64,000 nt of DNA, from assembly GCA_016839705.1 (NCBI GenBank), contig JAEOTR010000048.1, positions 1 to 64,000 of the forward strand, read 5' to 3'. The notes below the pieces were generated by a model, which did not search any database, was not told where the DNA came from, and worked only from the letters and a program-made list of their open reading frames with translations. Shown here in pieces: positions 10,497 through 19,540 of this stretch. The DNA comes from Promethearchaeota archaeon. GTDB lineage: Archaea; Asgardarchaeota; Lokiarchaeia; Sigyniarchaeales; SOKP01. Numbering within the stretch: position 1 is the first letter of the stretch; every line of letters begins with the position of its first letter. Made by a program: the position numbers and the translations under genes.

Positions 10497-10817
10497 GTGA
10501 ATCATGTGAGTCTCTCTAAATTTAATTATTGTCCTTTTTGTGGGAAAAAACTATTAGGATTGAATCAATCTAAATTGAATTATTGTTGTTTTTGTGGTGC
10601 TTTTCTGAAAAAAAATGAGAAATCTAAGAATGTAAAGATTCAATGCGCCATATGTCATAAACATATGATCCCGACTAAACACAAAACAATAGAATGCTCA
10701 TTCTGTGGGAGCTTATATCACCCTACATGCATAGAATCTTGGCTAATGAAATATAACTCCTGCCCATTTTGTCTTAATGTATTTCTAAATCCTATAAAAA
10801 TACAAAATAATACATGA
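10497..10817 (+). CDS. Zinc-ribbon + RING-finger protein (putative E3 ubiquitin ligase)
   Basis: N-terminal CPFCG...CCFCG; C-terminal C-x2-C-x13-C-x2-C-x4-H-x2-C-x3-W-x6-CPxC. Confidence 0.8.
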   Translation: MNHVSLSKFNYCPFCGKKLLGLNQSKLNYCCFCGAFLKKNEKSKNVKIQCAICHKHMIPTKHKTIECSFCGSLYHPTCIESWLMKYNSCPFCLNVFLNPIKIQNNT

Positions 10818-10826
10818 AAAAAATAT

Positions 10827-11051
10827 TTAATAGTCTAAAAATTCATTAATTAAAATTTCTTTAAAAATTAGGTCTTTTTTTTTAAAAGGTATTAGTTCCT
10901 CTCCATTATATATGTCTGGAGAGTCATCTTTGCCGAAGGCAACTGAGAACGGAATGACTAAACGTGACAAATCAGGAAAAAATTCAAACTTCTCAACTTC
11001 TTGGTCTTGATCCAAATCACCAATTTTTTTATATTCAACCTTTAAGCTCAA
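10827..11051 (-). CDS. Small hypothetical protein, paralogue of 15527-15763
   Basis: Shares D[LI]SR[LI][VI]IPFS..F......DIY.G.E.IPF...DL.[FY]K.IL..EF..Y with 15527-15763. Confidence 0.75.
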   Translation of the reverse strand: MSLKVEYKKIGDLDQDQEVEKFEFFPDLSRLVIPFSVAFGKDDSPDIYNGEELIPFKKKDLIFKEILINEFLDY

Positions 11052-11167
11052 TTTTAATCCCTTACTTATTTCTTTTTAGTTTCAATATGCTGTTAATACT
11101 ATTTAAACAAAAACACCTGACGAATTTAGTGATATCTCCGGATTAAACGAAAGGAACCATTCGATTT

Positions 11168-11305
11168 CTAAAGTAATTTCTCTTTTCAAATGCGTTTTAA
11201 GCTAATTTTGTTTTTCTTAATCAAGTTTCTTTCCCCATTAGAATACATGTCTACTGGAAACTTTTCATTATAGATGTTCAAAATAAGGATTATTAAATTG
11301 GAAAT
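11168..11305 (-). pseudogene. Decayed third copy of the 10827/15527 small-protein family
   Basis: Manual translation ISNLIILILNIYNEKFPVDMYSNGERNLIKKNKISLKRI*KEKLL* aligns ungapped to the 15527 paralogue. Internal TGA at 11188-11186; N-terminus missing. Confidence 0.6.
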
Positions 11306-12520
11306 TTAGAAAAAATCGTGAAGATAATTGTTAGTCAGAGGAAATAAATCTTGTAGAAGGTCAATCTTTTCCGGTTTTACTGAGATAAAACCAATTTCTA
11401 ATAAATCTTTGACAGTTCTAAAACCCGCAAGCAATTGTGCTAAATAGCTTATATCTATCTTAATATCTACCGCTTTATCTAAGGATTCAAAAAACTCTAC
11501 ATGGATTTCTTTTTCTTTCGATGTTAATGTGAAAATACCATTATTCCAAGAGCAAAATTCATCTGAAACGTGAAATTTTATTGAAAAAGTATCAAGTGGA
11601 TATTCCAAATTCTCTAAAACAGTTTTTACATCTAATATTCTTAGAAGAGAGTTATCTAAAACACGTCGTGATTTTATCCGGGGTGTCTTCAGAAGATCGA
11701 TTATGTTTTCATTTTTTGAAAAAATCCCTGCTATATATTTTCGTTGATCTCGATGACTCCACAGGAAATTGAAGATTGTTTGTTTAGCTGTTTGATCAAG
11801 CCAGAAAGCTTCTTGGATTACTATTGTTTTTTCGGGGTGTTTTAACCACCTTTCCTCACCTCTTTTAGTAAAGATTATTATTACATAACCTACGGGTTGA
11901 TTTCCGTTATAGCAAATGAATTTGTAATTATTTTTATATAAACCTCTAAAATATTGAATCTCAGGCCTTTTCGCAATATAGTCAAAATTTGAAATTGCTT
12001 GATCGTATACGCTTCTAATATCATCATTTATCCTTTCTACTTCTTTCATGTGATAATCTGTTTTTTTGAATATAATATCCGAGATCTTAAATTCATAGCC
12101 AAAATGTTCATCAACAAGTTTATATCCTAGCATCTCATAGAAAGAAAGCTTAAATGGATATAGTACAGATAGTGGGATATGATTATCATACATATCTTTA
12201 TACATTTTTACCATTATCTCTCTAATGATACCACGATTACGATATTCAGGTTTTGAGGCAACTCCTGCTACACCATACATTTTAAATTCTTGAGAACGCA
12301 TCCTGATTTCAAATGGGATTATTCCTGCACCAGCTACCATCATATCGCCATCAAACGCGGCAAAATACTTAGGATATATAGGAATTTTATCAGAAGGATC
12401 GCTTATATCTGCATAACTATTTTTTGAAGTTTGAAATGCATAGCGCATTAGTTTTAAAAATGCCTCACGATCCTCTTCAGTTATTTTACGAATCTCAAGG
12501 TTTCCTTTCATTTTGATCAC
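11306..12520 (-). CDS. Eis-like GNAT acetyltransferase with C-terminal SCP2-like domain
   Basis: GVAGVASKPEYRNRG, SVLYPFKLSFYEMLGY, LRILDVKTVLE, DEFCSWNNG. Confidence 0.9.
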   Translation of the reverse strand: MIKMKGNLEIRKITEEDREAFLKLMRYAFQTSKNSYADISDPSDKIPIYPKYFAAFDGDMMVAGAGIIPFEIRMRSQEFKMYGVAGVASKPEYRNRGIIREIMVKMYKDMYDNHIPLSVLYPFKLSFYEMLGYKLVDEHFGYEFKISDIIFKKTDYHMKEVERINDDIRSVYDQAISNFDYIAKRPEIQYFRGLYKNNYKFICYNGNQPVGYVIIIFTKRGEERWLKHPEKTIVIQEAFWLDQTAKQTIFNFLWSHRDQRKYIAGIFSKNENIIDLLKTPRIKSRRVLDNSLLRILDVKTVLENLEYPLDTFSIKFHVSDEFCSWNNGIFTLTSKEKEIHVEFFESLDKAVDIKIDISYLAQLLAGFRTVKDLLEIGFISVKPEKIDLLQDLFPLTNNYLHDFF

Positions 12521-12653
12521 AATGTTTATTTCAGCAATATATCAAAACGAAATACTCAATAGATTATAAGATTTATTCCAAATTTTTCTATATGATAAAA
12601 AAACACCTAAATAAATATAAAAAAAAAAGAGGGGGAGGAAGATTAGAGAGTTG

Positions 12654-13487
12654 TTAGTCTTTTATGTAATATTTTTCTAAGAATTCAATATTTTGTTGAA
12701 GTTCTTTCTTTGTACAAAGATTTCCATGCCCAGGAACAAAAATTTCGATGTCTTTCTTTAAATATTCTTGAAGAAAATCACGAAGTCGTATTGGATTCAC
12801 AACAAATGGCATTCCCCCTGGTCTGGAAACCCAACTTGGATCTGTTTTTTCGAATAATAGATCCCCTGTGAAACAAATCTTTTCTTTTTTAAAGTAGCCA
12901 ATAAGATCACCTTTTGTATGTGCTTCCCCTATATGAATTAGTTCAATTTCACTAGATGTTCCTTTGATTACTACTGAATCGTTAATGATGAAATCAGGTG
13001 GGCGTAATGTAAAACTAGGTTTTCTAATTTCATTCCAAGAATTAATATCATTCTTCATCTCGAGGATTTTATTTTGATCTGTTTCTTTTTTTAATTCTTC
13101 ATCAATCCTTTTAAGCTCCGCTTCACCCTGATCTCTAAATTGATTGAGTCTTTCTTCTGAGGATCTATTGTATTCAAATAATGTCTCAGCATTACTGATG
13201 ATTGGAACTTCACTACTAAACTTCTTATTTCCAAATAGATGATCCATATGATAATGGCTATTTATGACAAATGTAGGATCTTTCTTCGTAAATTGCTTGG
13301 AGGCTTTAAGGAGATCATCAGTAGAATACGGATCCATTAATGTGTCGAAAATGATTAATTGGTTTCCGAGATCAAAGAAGCCTGCATTTGATGAAACATG
13401 TGAAATTGCTGCAAATATCCCAGAATGTAACTCATAGAGATCAAAATATATCGATTCAAAATCTACTTTCTTGATTTTCATAAGCAT
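12654..13487 (-). CDS. MBL-fold metallo-hydrolase
   Basis: INSHYHMDHLFGN, AHTKGD, FTGDL, VPGHG. Confidence 0.92.
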   Translation of the reverse strand: MLMKIKKVDFESIYFDLYELHSGIFAAISHVSSNAGFFDLGNQLIIFDTLMDPYSTDDLLKASKQFTKKDPTFVINSHYHMDHLFGNKKFSSEVPIISNAETLFEYNRSSEERLNQFRDQGEAELKRIDEELKKETDQNKILEMKNDINSWNEIRKPSFTLRPPDFIINDSVVIKGTSSEIELIHIGEAHTKGDLIGYFKKEKICFTGDLLFEKTDPSWVSRPGGMPFVVNPIRLRDFLQEYLKKDIEIFVPGHGNLCTKKELQQNIEFLEKYYIKD

Positions 13488-13503
13488 CTCTGCGAATATG
13501 ATT

Positions 13504-13815
13504 TTAATCTGTAAGTCTTTCTAATTTAAAACATACAGGTCTAACTCCATCAGAACAAGCATTGTAGATTGTCCCATCTACGGCCCATCCAGTATAATTT
13601 CCTCCGAATTGTAGAACATGCAGGCTACGTGCTAAATCAGTCCATGCCCATCCACAAAAACCTTCCGGCATCTCTCCATTTTCACTTATCCATTCTTGAC
13701 CTTCTTCAAAAATAGAACATTTTTCAACCTTTTTACCAGTCGGTGTTTTATACTCGTGTCCAAATACATCTTCTGGACTAAAACGTTTTACTACTGAAAT
13801 TTTAATTTTTTCCAT
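13504..13815 (-). CDS. TIGR04076-family Cys-containing protein
   Basis: C..FEEGQEW, PEGFCGWAW.DL, CSDGVRPVCFKLER. Confidence 0.8.
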   Translation of the reverse strand: MEKIKISVVKRFSPEDVFGHEYKTPTGKKVEKCSIFEEGQEWISENGEMPEGFCGWAWTDLARSLHVLQFGGNYTGWAVDGTIYNACSDGVRPVCFKLERLTD

Positions 13816-13997
13816 TAAACTTCTTTCCTTTAGGTTTAATTGATTTAAATAAAATTGGAATGTTTAGTGTTTATTATTATAATGATATTTAATAATATAT
13901 AGTTTAAAATAATGAACTTCTATTGAACTAAGGATAAATTCCAAATCTTATATCAAATTACTAAAAAAATAATAAAAAAAAATTGTTAATTTGTAGA

Positions 13998-15395
13998 TTA
14001 ATCCCTTTTTACTAAGGATATAATAAATATTCCGATTCCCATTATAATACCAACAGATATCATTGCCCAACCATATGCAGCTTTACCAATTACATCGTAA
14101 GTTAACATAACAGAGCCCCAAATAAATGGACCCAATGCTGAAGAAAGTTTTCCGCTTAGTTTAGAAAATCCAAAGAATTCTCCAAATTTTTCTTTAGGAG
14201 CAAGTTCTATTACCATGATTCGTTGTGCTACCCATGTTCCCCCTAGAGCCGGACCTGCTACAATACCCATTAAAAGACTAAGTATAAAGGGGAGATTTAA
14301 TCCAATATCGATATATGGTGTTACAAACACTAATAAAACTCCTATAGTTAATGCGATACCCCATAAAGCACCTACAAGAAAGAATGTATTTTTAGCACCA
14401 TATTTATCACCAAATTTCCCCATAAAATAAGTAAAAGCAACTGCTGACATTGTAGCGATTATTATAAAAAGTATGGCAAATAAAGTTGAACCCCCTCCTA
14501 TAATTAATCCATCAGTCACTATTGGTGTCATGTAGAGAACGATAACATTAGCAATGTCAGCGACAAAGAAATAACCAATAATAAAAATGAACAATGATTT
14601 ATGTTTTCTAATATCTTTAAATGTACTTCCCAACTGTTTAAAAGTATTTTTCATTAACCTTCCTATAGGTGGTCTTTTACTTTTTTTCTGTTTTTCACGA
14701 ACATAAAGAAATGGAATAGTAAAAACCAAGAAAAGAACCATAGGAATCACAAATGTAAACCAGTATCCAGAAAATCCATAATCTGGTGTAGGTGGAGTTG
14801 ATACGGTATCACCTAATATTAATATTAATGGATACATAATAACAAGAGCAATAATAGTACCTAAGTAGCCCCAGGCAACACCAAATCCCGCAACTTTTCC
14901 AATGTCTTCTCTTTTAGCGATAAATGGAAGCATAGAATCATAGAAAGTTAAACTAAATTGGAACGCAACATTTGCAATGACATATAATATTAGTACTGTG
15001 GTAAGATCATGGAAGAATCCAAGTAAACTGGCAAAAAGGAGGATAATACCTGTTAAACTTATAACAAATGGTTTACGCTTTCCTACGTTATCACTCAAAG
15101 CTCCTAATATAGGTACACAAATAGCCACTCCGAATTGCATTAAAAAACTAACTGTACCATAAAGAAAGCTGATACTACCATACGACATTGAATTTTCTAA
15201 CTGACCAATCACCAGAATATAACGATTAATTATTAAACTCACAATTACCATAGAATAAATAGTGTTAGCTAAGTCATACATAGCCCAAAGAAACACATTT
15301 TTTCTCGAAGTTGTGGTTTCATATTCAACTTCTTCACCTGATATAATTTCAGAAGGAGTTTTTACATCGTTTTCTTCTTTTGACATATTATTCAC
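13998..15395 (-). CDS. MFS transporter, UMF1/Atg22-like
   Basis: WAMYDLAN, PILGALSD..GKRK, FYDSMLP, GEFFGF..LSGKLSSALGP; about 12 TM segments. Confidence 0.88.
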   Translation of the reverse strand: MNNMSKEENDVKTPSEIISGEEVEYETTTSRKNVFLWAMYDLANTIYSMVIVSLIINRYILVIGQLENSMSYGSISFLYGTVSFLMQFGVAICVPILGALSDNVGKRKPFVISLTGIILLFASLLGFFHDLTTVLILYVIANVAFQFSLTFYDSMLPFIAKREDIGKVAGFGVAWGYLGTIIALVIMYPLILILGDTVSTPPTPDYGFSGYWFTFVIPMVLFLVFTIPFLYVREKQKKSKRPPIGRLMKNTFKQLGSTFKDIRKHKSLFIFIIGYFFVADIANVIVLYMTPIVTDGLIIGGGSTLFAILFIIIATMSAVAFTYFMGKFGDKYGAKNTFFLVGALWGIALTIGVLLVFVTPYIDIGLNLPFILSLLMGIVAGPALGGTWVAQRIMVIELAPKEKFGEFFGFSKLSGKLSSALGPFIWGSVMLTYDVIGKAAYGWAMISVGIIMGIGIFIISLVKRD

Positions 15396-15526
15396 TTTTT
15401 ATTAGATTCAATTTATGAATAATAGTGAAATTTGATTATCTTAAAAATTTTTTGTTAAATAGTTGAATTTACTAGATTTCAGTGGATGCTATAAGAATAG
15501 AATTTAAATCGAAATGATTTTTTGGT

Positions 15527-15763
15527 TTAGAGTTCTTTAAGGTAACTCGCAAACTCTTGCTTTAAGATTAGTTTATATTCAAGATCTCTTTCTCTAAACG
15601 GAATTTTTTCAGTTCCAGAATAAATGTCAATAGGTTTGTAAGATTTAAATACTGTAGAAAAGGGGATGATAATCCGTGAAATATCAGATTTCTGTTGAAA
15701 ATCATTTTCTTGCTCATTATCCAAAATTTTTTGAAAATATCCTTCTGATTTTCCTGTAGTCAT
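15527..15763 (-). CDS. Small hypothetical protein, paralogue of 10827-11051
   Basis: DISRIIIPFS...DIYSG.E.IPF...DL; lies 12 bp downstream of the RHH gene, with GAGGT upstream. Confidence 0.78.
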   Translation of the reverse strand: MTTGKSEGYFQKILDNEQENDFQQKSDISRIIIPFSTVFKSYKPIDIYSGTEKIPFRERDLEYKLILKQEFASYLKEL

Positions 15764-15775
15764 GAATATTTTACC

Positions 15776-16204
15776 TCATTCCTCTTTAATGATTAATTTT
15801 CCTCTAATTCGGAGCCTTACTCCAAGTTTTTCTAATTTGTTTTTATAATCAAATATGATATCTCTTAGGATTTTTTTACTCACTTTGAGTTGTTCAGCAA
15901 ATATATCAAACTCAATTTCATTGAATAACTCTGAGTACGTTAATATCTTTTGAATAGTGCTCTGTATCACTTGGTCGTAATCTGTTATTTCGATATCTCT
16001 TGTAATGTCATTCAAATCTATATCATAATTACTCTTTAGAGTGTTCGTGTTGCTTTCGATCCAATTATGTATAAGATTTCGAACCGTTTCAGACCGAGAT
16101 TGTTTTCTCTTTTCTGCCATCATGGTTATTACTCGCTCATCAAACGCATCTAAACTGAAAGTGATTCTAGATAAGTCCGATGATTTTTTTGATTCTGATG
16201 GCAT
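15776..16204 (-). CDS. Ribbon-helix-helix (CopG-like) domain protein with C-terminal helical/wHTH-like region
   Basis: RITFSLDAFDERVITMMAEKRKQSRSETVRNLI fits the RHH pattern. Confidence 0.75.
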   Translation of the reverse strand: MPSESKKSSDLSRITFSLDAFDERVITMMAEKRKQSRSETVRNLIHNWIESNTNTLKSNYDIDLNDITRDIEITDYDQVIQSTIQKILTYSELFNEIEFDIFAEQLKVSKKILRDIIFDYKNKLEKLGVRLRIRGKLIIKEE

Positions 16205-16389
16205 TATTCAATGTACCCGACAAAATTTTCTGCTTATTATTATCAAAAATTTTCGAATATTTAAATGTTCGTCTTTGACGATCATTTAATGCATCACTGA
16301 AGATGCATAGATTTATAAATGAAGAGGATCATATAATATTCGTATATTATTTGTATGTCATATCAATATTATACGGTCGTGTGTGTGAA

Positions 16390-17031
16390 ATGTTAGAACT
16401 TTATACCGCCGAATATGAAGTTATAAACACCAAAGAACGTGTTACCATTGATTTACTTAAAGATGGTCAAGATTTTTTGGAGCAATTTGAAATTAAATCG
16501 GAATTTTTACTTGATACGGTTTCACTAGTTTACAAATATCTGAGAATCAACCGAAAAATCCCGCATAATTTATATAAATTCTTTATAGCCGCGTATTATA
16601 TGATTTTAAGACACCCTTTTAGCTTCCCTGCTCATGAATCCAAGAAAGATTTTTGTTACAAATTTGGAATTCAAGTCAGTGCACTAGAGTATTGTGTCGA
16701 AAAGATGACTGACTCATTAAACTACATCAAAATTCTTGACGATATGAATTTTCCCTATTTCGTCGATCCTAAAAGAGATATTAGTTTGAATATCATTAAA
16801 AAGCTCATCAAATCTAAAGTAGATAAAGCCATGATGAATTTTCTACTCAGCCATCAATCAATAAATTCTCAAATTCTTACTGAAGAATTAGTTTATGAGG
16901 TTGTTTTCGAGCAAAAAGCTTTTCCTGAGGAATTATTTAGGCAATTATATAAAATTGTTTTTGAATACGTTGAAAAAGAATTTCTCGATTATAATCAGTA
17001 TGTAAAATTGCAGCAAAAATTTTTTATTTAA
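16390..17031 (+). CDS. Hypothetical protein with a TFIIB/cyclin-like helical repeat
   Basis: FFIAAYYMILRH...SKKDFCYKFGIQVSALEYCVEKM resembles a TFB cyclin repeat. ATG at 16390 is the likely start. Confidence 0.55.
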   Translation: MLELYTAEYEVINTKERVTIDLLKDGQDFLEQFEIKSEFLLDTVSLVYKYLRINRKIPHNLYKFFIAAYYMILRHPFSFPAHESKKDFCYKFGIQVSALEYCVEKMTDSLNYIKILDDMNFPYFVDPKRDISLNIIKKLIKSKVDKAMMNFLLSHQSINSQILTEELVYEVVFEQKAFPEELFRQLYKIVFEYVEKEFLDYNQYVKLQQKFFI

Positions 17032-17040
17032 ATTCTAATT

Positions 17041-17643
17041 CTATTTAATTTCATTTCTATGATTATTTTTTAGCATTATATAATGAGTTTCAATTAATAA
17101 TGTTCCATCTTCAAGTTTTATATTATCGCGATAGAATCCTTCTTTAATGAAGCCATATCTCTCAGCTATATTTTTACTTTTTATATTATAAAGTCCTATC
17201 TCTCTAATTCTCGCTATAACTTTATCCACATGGAGATATTTAAAAACAAATTCTAAAGCTTTTTTACTAGCCTCAGTTACATAGCCTTTACCTTGGTAAT
17301 TTTTGTCAATAAACCAACCAATTTCAAAAGAAGGTATTTTCCAATCAATGGGCTCAATCCAAATATGACCTAAGAATTTTAGAGTAGTTTTTTGCCAATA
17401 ACATAGGACAAAACGAATATTTTTATCCCAATCTGAAGCCAATTCTCGTATCCAGCTTTCAATTTTATTGACGTCTTCAGTATCAGTAATATATTCTAAG
17501 ATTTCTCTTAAATACTGCCTATTATCATTTTCAACCATATTGAAAAAGGATTGACCATCACCCTTTCTATACGGTCTTAGGATTAGTCTTTCTGTTTCAA
17601 AGCGGGAAGGAATTTTTAAAGAAATGTTTTCTGTATTATCTAA
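17041..17643 (-). CDS. GNAT N-acetyltransferase, RimJ/RimL-like (start codon unclear)
   Basis: FETERLILRP, FEIGWFIDKNYQGKGYVTEA, AERYGFIKEG. The track start at 17865 overlaps the ABC gene. Confidence 0.8.
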   Translation of the reverse strand, partial: LDNTENISLKIPSRFETERLILRPYRKGDGQSFFNMVENDNRQYLREILEYITDTEDVNKIESWIRELASDWDKNIRFVLCYWQKTTLKFLGHIWIEPIDWKIPSFEIGWFIDKNYQGKGYVTEASKKALEFVFKYLHVDKVIARIREIGLYNIKSKNIAERYGFIKEGFYRDNIKLEDGTLLIETHYIMLKNNHRNEIK

Positions 17644-17752
17644 TATTCTTATTCTTATAAATGGTAAAATATCGTAGAGAATAATTTTTGAAAATAGGTA
17701 GGAATAATGATTAAGAAAAAGAAAGTGATAAAAGTAATTAATTGAATATGCC

Positions 17753-19540
17753 TTAATTCTTCTCGTGTCGGAATTGTAGTTTGTATAAGCTGTAAAACTC
17801 TCCCTTTTGTGCGAGGAGTTCATCAAAGGTTCCCTCTTCAATGATCTTTCCTTTATCGAGTACAATGATCCTATCCGCAGCTCGGACAGTACTTAATCGG
17901 TGAGCAATGATTATGGAAGTTCGATTTTCAAGCATTTTGGAAAGTGCACGCTGTATCCGCAGCTCAGCTTGGGGATCGATTGAAGAGGTTGCCTCATCTA
18001 GTAAAATAATTTTAGGATTTGTAATGAGAGCACGGGCAAAAGAAATTAATTGACGTTGTCCCAAAGAAAGCCAGCCACCTCTCTCCCCTACTTTCGTGTC
18101 AAGTCCATCAGATAAATTGTAAACAAACTCAGCGCTTATTAAATTCAGAACATTTTCTATTTCCTCATTAGAGGCCTCTTTTCCATAGCATAAATTGTAC
18201 CGAACGGATTCTGAGAACAGGAAAGGATCCTGTAAGACAACTCCAATAGATTTTCGGAGTGAAGAAAGTGTCACGTTCCTAATATCCTGCCCATCAATTT
18301 TGATGGAACCTACCTGAATATCATATAACCTCGAGATGAGGCTTATAATGGTCGTTTTTCCTGAACCAGTTTCTCCAACAATCGCTATAAGTTCATTGGG
18401 TTGAATAGAGAGGTCGAAATCATCCAACACCATTGATTCACCTTCACCATAAGAAAATGTAACATTATTAAGGTCTATTTTTCCAGAATGACAATTTAAT
18501 GGTTGAGCGTCAAGATCTTCTGTTATCATTAAAGGGGTATCAAGTAAAATAATAATACGCTCAAATGCCGAAAAAGAAGTTTGGATTAGTGCATATAATC
18601 CTGCGATAATCATTAGTGGCTCGAGAAATGAATTGAGGTAAAGGATAAACAGAACAAGGCTTCCTACTGTCACAGCTCCTTGTGTTTGTAGCGTCATGCT
18701 ACCCCCAACAAATAAAACCAAAACAATTGTCAGTTTAGTGTAGGTTTCATAGAATGGACTAAAAATGCTACTCCAACGGAAAGCACTTAACCCTTTTTTG
18801 TAATACTTTTCATTCAGTTTATCGAAGTCTAAACGATCATGCTCATATCGTGCAAAAGATTGTGAAACTCGTGCTCCAGATATGGACTCTGCCATTGAGG
18901 CTATATATTTTGCATTGTAATCTCTATAATCATCCCATTTAGTCCGAACAAAACGTCGTTGAAAAATTGCGAATATTATAATAACAGGGAAGAGTGATAT
19001 TGTAAGAAGTGTTAATGGAAGAGAAATTGACAAGCAGACTATTAGTCCTCCTACTACCATAAAAAGCGATGAGAATGCCATCATAAACTCCCCAGAAAGT
19101 ATAGGTTGAATGGAAGCAATGTCACTTGTCATTCGAGCTATTGAATCTCCCGAAGGTGTTTTATCAAAATATTCCATGCTAATATCTTGTAGTTTCTCAT
19201 AGGTATCTCTTCTTAAGTTATGAATTGTTTTTTCACCAACTATTAATAAAAGCCACCTTTGAACATACATCGGGATAATCCGTAGAACTACCACAACAAG
19301 ATATAGAAAACCGATTATTAAAAACTCCGATCTTCTTCCTTGAGTGACATAATTGTCGAGAATTATCTTTATCATGTAAGGTCCTAACGAAAAAAATATA
19401 GTTTGGATAATCATCATTAATAACGCAATTAACATCAGTTTCTTGTGAACAAAGAGATATTTCAACATCTGTTTTATCAAAATTTTGTCAGAGATAGTTC
19501 TTTTGGAATTTTTTTCATCAGATCCCATTCTAGGTTTCAT
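17753..19540 (-). CDS. ABC exporter half-transporter (TMD+NBD), heterodimer subunit
   Basis: GETGSGKTT, degenerate signature LSLGQ, LLDEATSS, IAHRLST. Confidence 0.95.
   Translation of the reverse strand: MKPRMGSDEKNSKRTISDKILIKQMLKYLFVHKKLMLIALLMMIIQTIFFSLGPYMIKIILDNYVTQGRRSEFLIIGFLYLVVVVLRIIPMYVQRWLLLIVGEKTIHNLRRDTYEKLQDISMEYFDKTPSGDSIARMTSDIASIQPILSGEFMMAFSSLFMVVGGLIVCLSISLPLTLLTISLFPVIIIFAIFQRRFVRTKWDDYRDYNAKYIASMAESISGARVSQSFARYEHDRLDFDKLNEKYYKKGLSAFRWSSIFSPFYETYTKLTIVLVLFVGGSMTLQTQGAVTVGSLVLFILYLNSFLEPLMIIAGLYALIQTSFSAFERIIILLDTPLMITEDLDAQPLNCHSGKIDLNNVTFSYGEGESMVLDDFDLSIQPNELIAIVGETGSGKTTIISLISRLYDIQVGSIKIDGQDIRNVTLSSLRKSIGVVLQDPFLFSESVRYNLCYGKEASNEEIENVLNLISAEFVYNLSDGLDTKVGERGGWLSLGQRQLISFARALITNPKIILLDEATSSIDPQAELRIQRALSKMLENRTSIIIAHRLSTVRAADRIIVLDKGKIIEEGTFDELLAQKGEFYSLYKLQFRHEKN

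Noticed and set aside
11186-11188. In-frame TGA as possible selenocysteine
   Set aside because: It aligns to Leu, not Cys, in the paralogues; no SECIS recognised; the copy also lacks its N-terminus.
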